Positions 40,380-50,460 of a DNA stretch of 64,000 bases are shown in pieces. Numbering within the stretch: position 1 is the first letter of the stretch; each line of letters begins with the position of its first letter. The position numbers and the translations under genes are program-made. The stretch is from an uncultured bacterium (lineage in GTDB: Bacteria > Armatimonadota > Abditibacteriia > Abditibacteriales > Abditibacteriaceae). The stretch covers positions 186,001-250,000 of the forward strand of contig CAWJLW010000010.1 in NCBI GenBank assembly GCA_963843795.1, in the 5' to 3' direction. The notes beneath the pieces were generated by a model that was not told the DNA's origin, ran no database searches, and saw nothing but the letters and a program-made list of their open reading frames with translations.

Positions 40380-42194
40380 CTACTGCGCGGAATCTTGAGC
40401 GTTTTGATCGCCAGATTTTTCGTCGCCCGATTTGGCATCGCCGCTCGATTTGGCATCATCGCCCGATTCGGTGCTGGTTGCATCGGTACCCATGAGCTTG
40501 AGGCCGTAGCGAATCGGAACAGCGAAGTTCGCGCCTTGCACATCTTTCATTCCCGCGTAATGCACCGCGATGACGCGCCCGCGCAGATCGCACACCGGGC
40601 CACCGCTGTTGCCGGGATTCGTGCCCGCCGTGTGCTGATAAACGTCGCCCGCGATATTGACGTATTTGAGCGGATTGTCGCCGCCCTCGATGACGCGCGC
40701 GATAGTGCCGGTCGTAACGGTGGGTTCGGGCACAAAAATTACTTTGGATTTGTTGCTGCCCGATTGATCGCGCACTGCGGTCACGCCCGCGCCCAGTTCG
40801 CCCGCGAACGGATAACCGATGACGACCATCGATTTGCCCTGCTCAGCTTCTTCAGGCTCAGCGTTCAACTTCACGGCGGGCATTTTCGAGGGCAGATCGA
40901 CTTTAATGAGCGCGACATCGTGTTCATCCGAAGCGCGAATCAAGCGCGCGGTCGTGCTGTTTTTTTCTTTGGGAAAAGTCACTTCGAGATAATCGTTGCG
41001 CCCTTCTAAGGCCTTGCCGGTCAGGCTGCGACGCGAATCGCCATCCAGCGCATCGGCGGGAATCCAGTTGCTGGGGCCCGCATCGACTGTTCCAACAATC
41101 TTGAGCGAAACCTTGCCACCTTCCTGCGTGGGCTGCACCACAACGCCCGCGGGCAACGAAAGCGGCGAATACCACGGCGCGCCCACATGACGATTGGTCA
41201 GAATAAAGCCATCTTCGGTCACCACGAAACCGCTGCCCCCGCCGCTGCTGCCGATGGCTTTGTTGCCCTGCGAATCCAAAGTCAGCCACGGCTGATAGCT
41301 ACCGTCCTGATTCAGCACATAAGCCGCCACGCGCTGCCCTTCTTTGCCCGCCAAGTACTGGTGATAAACGATGCCGCCCGAATCGGTGTCGATGAGCTTC
41401 CAGCTCATTTTGATGAAAACGACACTCGGCACGACCTGCTTGGCGACTTCTGAAGCGGTGAGATAACGGTTCGATTTCTCGTCTTCTATCGACTGCTTGG
41501 TTTCGACGAGCTGATTTTCGGTCGATGCCAGCTTGCCCGCCAAAACTTCTTCCGAAGCGCGATTATTCCACGCCAGAAATCCCACCATCAAAGCTGCCGC
41601 GCACGCTAATCCCGCGCCGCCCCACATCATCGAACTGCGCGTATCCGATTTGGCGCGCGTGATTTCGCGCTCCAGCGTCGCCTTGCCCACCCCTACTTTA
41701 GCGGGCTCGTTCGTAACTGGAGTGGCCGGAACAGCTGGAACAGAAGCAGACGGAACAGCGGCAGAAGCCATGGGAGTTGCGGGCAGGGGCGAGCTTTCGC
41801 GTGTGGAAGGCGCGACAGCACCCACAGCTTCAGTTGCACGCGTCGCGGCGAAAGCGTTGGGACGCGGGTCGAGGTCGAACTGAAATTCCGGGCCGCCCGC
41901 TCCGAACTGCACCACGTCGCCCGGCTGCAAAACGGTTTGACCGCTCACGCGCTGTTTGTTGAGAAAAGTCCCGTTGCGGCTACCCAGATCGTGCAAGAGA
42001 AAACGCGTCGGATCGGCAGAGTCGCGCACGATACGAGCCTGCTGACGACTGACCAAGTCGTCCTGCTGAGGGTCGTAGCGGACATTGGCAGACGGATCGC
42101 GGCCCAGAGTCAGTTCGGAATGTTCGGCGATTAAAAACTCATCGACCTGATCGCTTTTGGAACCACTCAAATGCCTGAGAACAATTCGCTCCAT
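40380..42194 (-). CDS. FHA domain + TM + trypsin-like serine protease
   Basis: LGRDP...VSRQQA...DLGSRNGTFLN (FHA); GSGFVV, TNRHV, DVALIK, PGNSGGP. Confidence 0.92.
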   Translation of the reverse strand: MERIVLRHLSGSKSDQVDEFLIAEHSELTLGRDPSANVRYDPQQDDLVSRQQARIVRDSADPTRFLLHDLGSRNGTFLNKQRVSGQTVLQPGDVVQFGAGGPEFQFDLDPRPNAFAATRATEAVGAVAPSTRESSPLPATPMASAAVPSASVPAVPATPVTNEPAKVGVGKATLEREITRAKSDTRSSMMWGGAGLACAAALMVGFLAWNNRASEEVLAGKLASTENQLVETKQSIEDEKSNRYLTASEVAKQVVPSVVFIKMSWKLIDTDSGGIVYHQYLAGKEGQRVAAYVLNQDGSYQPWLTLDSQGNKAIGSSGGGSGFVVTEDGFILTNRHVGAPWYSPLSLPAGVVVQPTQEGGKVSLKIVGTVDAGPSNWIPADALDGDSRRSLTGKALEGRNDYLEVTFPKEKNSTTARLIRASDEHDVALIKVDLPSKMPAVKLNAEPEEAEQGKSMVVIGYPFAGELGAGVTAVRDQSGSNKSKVIFVPEPTVTTGTIARVIEGGDNPLKYVNIAGDVYQHTAGTNPGNSGGPVCDLRGRVIAVHYAGMKDVQGANFAVPIRYGLKLMGTDATSTESGDDAKSSGDAKSGDEKSGDQNAQDSAQ

Positions 42195-42393
42195 AGCACA
42201 ACTCCTGAGAATCAATTTTTCGCATCAACGCCAGCGCGCTACATTCGGATTTCTGCACTATCACCCGAACATGGCCTTATTATGAACCATACCAACAAGA
42301 AACACAACACATTTTTCAATCGAACAAGTTCACAAGACGCTTTTATCTATCGAATTGCCTGATTTACAAGTGCTGCTCAGCAACAAATCCCAC

Positions 42394-42434
42394 AAAAAAC
42401 AGAGCCATCATCTTTAAAGACGATGGCTCTGTTT
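42394..42434 (-). terminator. Terminator after the wzc-like gene
   Basis: aaacagagccatc...gatggctctgttt stem with A run on plus (U run on minus). Confidence 0.75.
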
Positions 42435-42525
42435 CTCGCGGAAGTCTGGTGTTCAAACTGCGTATCTGGTTCACAGGATGCCAAGCAAAAGCGGGCTGTT
42501 TCTCGCGGAAGTCTGGTGTTCAAAC
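42429..42525. repeat. Two exact 30-bp direct repeats separated by 37 bp
   Basis: ctgtttctcgcggaagtctggtgttcaaac at 42429-42458 and 42496-42525. Confidence 0.9.
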
Positions 42526-44977
42526 ACCTATGGTTCTGCTACTGTCAGTTTTGTCGGCGTCGGTCGCTTCGGCATTATCCATTGATTTCTCATTGGGTGA
42601 TCGCGAGAAGCGTCGTTCTTCATTGTCTTCGTAGCGTCCGTAATAGCCGCTGTAGTAATAGCCACCGTAATCATTGCTGTGCGAAGTTTTGGAATCAATT
42701 TTGTTCAAAGCGATGCCCAGCACCTCGGCGCGCGCCTGAGCTAATAATTCGAACGAGCGCGCAATCGAAGATTTGGCCACGCGTCCCAATTGCATCACAT
42801 ACAAAACGCCATCGACCTTCGACGCAAGTACTTGCGCGTCTGAGGTGGCCAGCAAAGGCGGTGAATCAAAGATAATCACATCGGTTTGTGTCTTCAATTC
42901 TTCCATCACAGCTTCCATCGAAGGCGAATTCAACAATTCGACCGGGTTGGGCGGCAAAATACCAGCCGCCAGAAAGCGCAGGTTATAAATGCCAGTCTCG
43001 TGCAGACAATCGCTGAGCTTCGCCTGTCCAACCAAGATATTGGTCAAGCCCGGCTGAACCGGCACATCAAAAACATCATGTTGACGCGGACGGTGCAAGT
43101 CGGCATCGATCAACACCACTCGCTTGCCATCCAGCGCCATTGCGGCGGCCAAGTTGGAAGCCGTATAACTTTTGCCTTCTTGGGGCACCGAAGAAGTGAC
43201 CAAAATCGTCGCGTGCGGTTTATCCAGAAGCGTGAACTGCACATTCGAACGCAAAACGCGGAATTTTTCCAGCAAATTGCGTTCGTGACCCTGGCGATAG
43301 CCACCAGCCAGAGGATCGCTGACTAGACGGATTGTCATCTTTATCCAATTCGGTAATTAGCACATCGAAGGGCAAGCCTTCATCGTTCGAAACCGGAGCC
43401 GAACCATTGGCACTTAGACCATTGACTCCCGAACCATTAGGAGAACTGCCATTGGCCACCGGCAAGGCGCCTTTTTTCAAAGCTTTGGCCTGAGCATCGC
43501 GCAAGATAACCGGCAAAGATTTGTGCTCGGCAGACATGAGCGGAAAATGTCCCAGAATCGGCACGCCCAGCATCCGACGCACTTCTTCTTCATCGCGGAT
43601 ATGATCGTCCAGCGATTCCTGCAACATCGCCGCACCACACGCCAGCAACAAGCCCAGAGCAATCGACAGAATAATATTGCGCTGCACGTTGGGCGAAATT
43701 TTCACCGCAGGACTGGCGTCTTCAATGACGTTGATAGGATCATTGGCCGCTTCCATCGCTTTTTTGCCGTAGTGACAGATCGTTGACATTTTGCCCCATC
43801 GATAAGACTGTGGCGGCACTGCTTTCGACATCCCGCTGCAATTGAGCTTGTTCGCGCTCAATCGGATTATAGCGACCCAAATCTTTAGCCAAATTATCAG
43901 CACGAACTGATAAAGCCTGCGCATTGGCTTGAGCGGCTCGTAGCGGAGCTTGCGCTTCGGCAATTTTGCCATCGTATTCGACAATAGCCGGATTGGGAAC
44001 CCGAGTTTCGGTTGTGACATCGCGCGGTGTGCGATTCAAGCGCGCTTGCAAATCGGTGATCTGGCGGTCGATCTTACGAATTTCATCGTCAGTGGGCTTG
44101 TACAAAAACAACGAGCTTTGACGCTGCGATTTAAGGTCCGCAATTTTTTGACGAAGCTCTTGAAGCTCTGCCGTGTTGGTCGTCGTGGTGGGCGTGGTAA
44201 TCGTTGCCGGCAATTGCTGACGCGTAGCCACTAACGATTCGAGTTGAGCGCTCAGCCTGTCCACATCGGCCTCAGCACTGCTGACTCCGGCCCGCGCTGC
44301 TGGCAGCGGCTTCGAGATCGCCTGCGCGCTGTGCCGTAGGATCAACAATGTTGGCCTTCTGTTTGAAATTGAGCAGGGCCCGCTCACTGGTTTTTAAACG
44401 GGCGTTCTCTTCTGTCAAACGTTTTTGAGCAAAAGCTAAAGCCGAAGAAACTTCGCGCATGCGATCAGCTCGCAAATCGTTTAGATAAACCCTCGGCACC
44501 GCTTTGAGATACTCGAAAGCTGCGGTTGCGGATTGCGAAACCGTGCTCAACTCAATGACATTGGTGTCTGCCACACGGCGGACTTCCAGAAAAACACTTC
44601 CCGGCTGCACATTAGCATCCTTGGCAGCTTTGGCGGCGATATCGGATGCCCGCAAAATTTCGACTTGCGTTTCCACACGCTGACCACTCGAGGGCAGTAG
44701 CAAGTCTGAAAACGGGTTGGTCGTGTTATTGAGCGCCATCACCGTCACTTTGTTTTCAACCAGGATGCGTGACGTCGAGCGATAAGTTGGCTTGGCCATA
44801 AAGGTCAGCACAGCTCCTAAAGCAACGACAACGATAAACGCTTGAATCGCAATCGCTTTGCGGCGCTTGAGAATCACCAAAAAATCGCGCAAGTGAGGGG
44901 GCTTGTTCGGTGGCGGCCTCATCAGGCATGGCATAAGTCGGGCTATGCGATTCGGAAATATTGGCTAACTGATTCAT
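42520..44977 (-). CDS. wzc: Polysaccharide co-polymerase / tyrosine autokinase (Wzc-like; split across frames)
   Basis: LRDFLVILKRRK + TM (Wzz), coiled coil, second TM, TSSVPQEGKS, IDADLHRP, DSPPLL, C-terminal YGGYYYSGYY cluster. Confidence 0.88.
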
Positions 44978-45601
44978 GGCAAGTACTTAATCTATCTAAA
45001 GGCGTATCCTCTTTGCGCCTTCAGCTCTACCTCATTCTTTACTTTGGCTTAAAACTAACTATTGAGTTAAAGCTAAATCCAGATCACTTTTTCTGTGACA
45101 AAATTTAGTTTAAAACAAATATGCAACAGTCAAATCTGAAGGTTTACACCCGATTTCCTCAAGCAGTTCCCTGAAGTGCATGGTTTCCGACAACTATCTT
45201 TGCCTCATATCCCGTAATCATGACACGCACACAAGTGTCCGAAACTCTGGCGCAAACCATCAGATATTTAGAAAACTGCTTGCCAAAAAAGTTGTCATTG
45301 AGCGACATCGAGAATTACCTGGGCACCCCTAACCTTCCCCCAGATGGCTCTACAGATGTCTCTAGATCGCAGCACTTCTCTTTTCCTACCACTTTAATAA
45401 CACAAAAATTAATACTAATCAAATACTGGTAATTTTATGCGCGCCAAATTTGGATCGAAACGTTTATCGATAATTTGATGAAGGCTGTCTTATAAATCAC
45501 ACTTCACATTTTACTATTTGCCACTTAACATACAAAAATGTTTTCTGTTATATTTAGACGACTTCTGTCATGTTACAGAATTTATATCAGAAGGAAAATT
45601 T

Positions 45602-48600
45602 ATGTCAAAAAAGTGCTTCGATTCGAATTTTCAGGCCACAGTACGCTCCTTGGCTACCACTGGCCAATGGTCAAGGTTTTTTATCCTCGCAATGACAATT
45701 GTCGGGTTCTTCCTGGGTACAAAAGCCAAGCATGTGTGGCGCGCAACTCCTTCTCACAGCAATAGTTCGATAAGCCTCTTTTCACTTAACAAACCTGACT
45801 CAGCTCGCAAACCATACGGGCTTCGATTGGCAGCTTTGGACACGCGTAAAAACGAAGCTAATGAGAGCGCTGTTCCGACTTCTGTACGATACGAAGTGGC
45901 ACATATCGAGCAGCGGGCACGGGCACGGTGGATCAAAAATAACCCAACATTGGCGCGGTCGGCAGCGCGGTCGGGGATAAGGCTGGCTCCTATATAGAAG
46001 TTGCCCACTTGCTTCCCGAGCGCGATTGGAATGGCTTATCTTCCGAACATCGCGGCATGATTCGCCGCCTGATGCTAGGCGCACGCGCAGGCAAGGTCGG
46101 CGTTATGCCGTGCTTCGCACCTGGTACTAATCTCAAAACAGTGCGCGCTTTCGAAAGCGCAAATAGCCAGTTGCAGTTCTTCCGTGCTTCGAACTACTGG
46201 AGCAGCACATCGGCAGGGGCACATGCTGCGGGCGCCACAATGACACTGCGTTGGAGCATTGTGCCGGATGGAACGACACTGCCCAATGGAGCCGGTGAAA
46301 CCACGGCCCCTTCCAATTTAAAAGCTCGCCTCAATCAGATTTACGGCAACGAAACGACTTGGCGCGCCCTGTTTCGCCAAGTTTTCGCGCGCTACTCTGC
46401 GCTTTCAGGTATCACATACCTCGAGGAAACCAATGACGACGGCGTACCCATTACTGATACCAACACCAATCTTGGTGTCGCTGGTGTACGAGGCGATGTC
46501 CGTATCGGAGGTCATCATATTGATGGGAATAGCGGCATCTTAGCCTACAACTATTTCCCCAACAATGGCGACATGGTCATCGATACCAACGACACTTTTT
46601 ACAACAACACAAGCAGCAGTTCGCTGGGATTTCGCAACGTGTTAGCGCATGAGCACGGACATGGTTTGGGCTTTGCCCACGTTTGTCCCACCAATCAAAC
46701 CAAATTGATGGAGCCGTTTGTTTCCTACCAATTTGACGGCCCACAAGCCGACGATTTGCAAAACCTACAGCGCGGTTACAGTGACCCAACGAACCCAACA
46801 ATACGCAGGCCACCGCGACCGATTTGGGTAACTTGGGCAACGGCACCGTTTCGCGCACCAACATTTCAATTCACAATACCGCAGACCAAGACTTTTTTCG
46901 CTTTGCTACCAGCGGCACCAAGCTGCTGACCGCTACAGTGCGCCCCATTGGGGGCAGTTACCTTGAGGGCGCACAAAATTCCGATGGCTCCTGCTCGGCG
47001 GGCACAACCTTCGATGCTCAGGCACAACGCAACTTGAAGCTGGGGGTTTATGACAAAAATGGCAACGAGTTGGCGATTGCCGATGCCAACGGCACAGGGA
47101 GCATCGAAACATTATCGGGCGTTGCGTTGAATGCCAGTGCGGGGCCTTTCGCAGTGCGGGTGGCAGCTGATGCCGTGGACAAAATTCAGCTCTACAGTCT
47201 GGAAATCAACTTGGTCGATTCAGGTCCAGCGGCTTCTTTTATCACCAATGGTGCTCCCATAGTTAATGACAGCACAGGCAACGGCAATAATAATGGCAAG
47301 CCCGATCCAGGGGAAGCCAGCGTAAATCTCAGCATTCCGATTCGCAACAACGGCACTTTGGACGCCACCAATGTGCGCGCCACTCTGGTTTCGCTTTCCA
47401 GTGGAATCACAGTGACCCAAGCCAATTCGGCTTATCCTAATCTGGCCCAGAATGCCACCGGCAACAACACAACGCCCTACATAATTTCAGTGGATGCCAG
47501 TTTTGCATGCGGTAACAACATCGCGTTGCGGCTTGATGTGCAAAGCGATCAGGGCAATAGCCCAGTGAGCTTCTCACTTTCTACGGGAAGCACGGTAGCA
47601 AACGACATTTTCCTACTCGGGTTCGGCGGTTCCGATTCCCGATGGAAACGGCACTAGCTCGCCTTCTCCTGGTGCCGCTGTAGAAGTACCTGTTACCGTC
47701 AGTGGATCGGGTAAGATTACGGACATTGATCTCGTGCTAAACGATGTGAGACATTCTTACGTTGGCGATTTGGTTATCACGCTGATTTCGCCGACCGGTA
47801 CACAGCTTCAAGTCGTGGTCAACATGAATGATGGCGCAAACCTGACACAAGGCCCCAATTTCCTCAACACAGTTTTGGACGACGCGGCCAGTTCCAGCAT
47901 TCAAAGCGCCACTAATGCGCAAGCTCCTTACACTGGTTCTTATCGTCCGGCCAACCCATTGAGTGTTTTCAACGGACAAGACGCCAACGGAGCTTGGAAA
48001 CTGCGTTTTCAAGACTTTTATGCGGGTGACGTAGGAACAGTCAACGCTTATTCGCTGCGTATTTCGACCACAGTCTGTGGCACTCCCGTAACCAGCACGC
48101 CTCCTGTAGTTGATTTGAACGGACCCAATAATGCGGGAATTGACAACAATATCACTTACAATGAGCGCCAATCTCCTCTAGCTATCGCCGCTGCCGACGC
48201 CACAATTTCCAACGATCCGGGCGAGAACCTGCAAGTGATGACGGCCACGATCACCAATCTCAAGGACGGCGACTTAGAAAAGTTAGTAGTCAGCACTTCG
48301 GGCACCACGATTTCGCAAGAATACAACGCCGCAACTGGCACTCTGACACTGCGTGGCCCCGATTCGGTGGACAACTTCCAAAAAGTCTTGCGCTTGGTTA
48401 AATATCGCAACTTATTCGACAATCCCGATACCACACCGCGCCGCATCGAAGTCGTGGCTGGCGACGGTTTCGCCAACAGTGCGGTAGCGATCACAACGGT
48501 CAACATCGTTTCGATCAATAATGCACCGGTGGCCTTGGTGACGACCGATGCAAACAACGCCCCCATTGCACAAACTACTACTCAGAACACACCGCTCACT

Positions 48601-50009
48601 TTGAGCAGCACCAATGGCAACCAAATCGGCGTCTTTGATCTCGACGACGGAGGTAACGTTGAAGAAGTGCAAGTGAGCGTGCAGAATGGCACTTTGACTC
48701 TCAATGGCACAACCGGCCTCACTTTCACCCAAGGCGACGGCACTGCGGATGCAACGATGACTTTTCGCGGCACGGTCAATCTGGAAAACAACCAGATCGG
48801 CGGCAATGCCAACCGAGCTTTGAACGGCATCGTTTACACGCCAAACACCAACTTTACCGGTGCCGATACCCTGACCCTCAACATCAACGATCTGGGCAAT
48901 ACCGGAACCGGCGGCGCGCTGAGCGGCACAGCCACCCTCACCATCAATGTCGTTCCACAAGTGGCTACTACCGGTGCGATTATCAGCGAATTCCGCTTAC
49001 GTGGCACGACTTCCAACGATGAGTACGTTGAAATTTACAACACGACCAGCGCGCCGCTGAGTATTGGAGGCTGGTCGATTGCGTATCGAACCGCAGCTGG
49101 CGATGCCACAACCGCAGTTCCATCCAACACGATCCTGCCCGCAGGCGGCCACTTCCTGTTCGTAGGTAGCGGTTACACACTGACAACTTTGGCTGCTGGA
49201 AATGCCACTATCGCTAATGATATCCTGGACAATTCAAGTCTGGTGTTGCGCAATGCTGGGGGCGTCACGCAAGATGCGGTAGCGTTTTCGGGTTCGGGTT
49301 CCACAGTGGCGGGCGAGGGCACAGCGCTTCCCGCGCCCCCCAACACCGCTGGCGAATACGCTTTTGTGCGCGATGAGTCGACCGGCGCTCCCCAGGATAC
49401 CAACAACAACGCCGCCGACTTTCTCTTCGTCTCGACCAACGCTGGCCTCTACAACGGTCGCCAATCCCAACTCGGCGCACCCGGCCCCGCCAACCTCAGC
49501 AGCCCCGCTCTCACTCCAGCACTGACCGTGAGTGGCATCGACCCCAAGGCCGACATCAACTACTCGCCCAACCGCATCCGCGTGGCCGCAACCACCCCGG
49601 CCGCTACCAACGCCACATTTGGCACGCTCATCTTCCGGCGCAACCTCAAGAACAACACCGGCAAGACCATCACCCGCCTGCGCTTCCGCTTCTCGCGCCT
49701 GACTACGCTCAACAGCCCCACCCTCAACCCTAGCTCAACCCAGGCCGACCTGCGCTTTTTGAGTTCGAGCAGCGGTACGGTGCCCTCGCGCGATGGCAGC
49801 AGCACACTGTCTTATGTCGGCACCACACTGGAGGAGCCACTGGCACAGACTTGGGAGGCGGAGTCAACTCTTCGGCCAGTGGCTTCACCACCGTCACCCT
49901 GCCCGCGGGCCTGGCTCCGGGAGCCAGCGCCAACTATCAGTTCGTGTTCGGGGTCGAGAAAAACGGCGGATTCACCGCTATCTTCAACATCGAAGCCCTC
50001 AACGATTGA
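45602..50009 (+). CDS. Large secreted matrixin (M10-like) metalloprotease with PPC, proprotein-convertase P, cadherin-like and lamin-tail domains (several indels)
   Basis: PCFAPGT, HEHGHGLGFAH (46648-46680) and LMEP Met-turn; HSYVGDLVITLISPTG...GAWKLRFQD; IISEFRLRG..DEYVEIYN. The frame restored by comparison with the duplicate ends IEALND* at 50009. Confidence 0.8.
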
Positions 50010-50054
50010 ACACAAAGTGACTTGGAAATTAACACATTCGACAATTTGTAGACA

Positions 50055-50090
50055 CAAAAGCGCCCTGCAAGTACTTGCAGGGCGCTTTTG
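50055..50090. terminator. Palindrome-centred terminator
   Basis: caaaagcgccct-gcaagtacttgc-agggcgcttttg. Confidence 0.85.
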
Positions 50091-50460
50091 GTATTTGTAT
50101 CACAGCCCAGAATCTCGGAGGCCTTGGTTGGATGCTATAAAACCCTCTCACTGGCTGCATTGACTTGCATACCTCAACAACAGAAGTTTCTACCAATGAA
50201 TCACTCACATCACTTGTGGGAAATATTTTTTGCATTAAGTGTAAAGCGCTTTACTACAGGGGAAAAATAATTTTTATATTCTTAATAAGGTGTGCTACAA
50301 TACACGAAACAATTCGAAAATTCGGTTGGACAAATGTCCTGCCCCCTACAATCCAGGGGCGCAAGTTCGCACATTACTTGATTTAATGCTGAAACATTGA
50401 CTATTGCAAACGGTAGGTAGTTATACCAAAGTTTACAGATCGTCTGAGAGGAGTATCATT

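Noticed and set aside
19335..40470. Short in-frame tandem repeats (NRNSD, REQDH, PETKEL, EAF, DAKSSG) as a special system
   Set aside because: They lie in disordered linkers or termini, have unrelated sequences and fit ordinary slippage.
42429..42525. Formal CRISPR array call
   Set aside because: Only two repeats, no leader or cas genes, and overlap with a stop codon and terminator. Kept as a repeat and a low-confidence finding.
45220..45432. 70-aa ORF in the AT-rich spacer
   Set aside because: No clear RBS or motif; probably part of the divergent promoter region between wzc and the protease gene.
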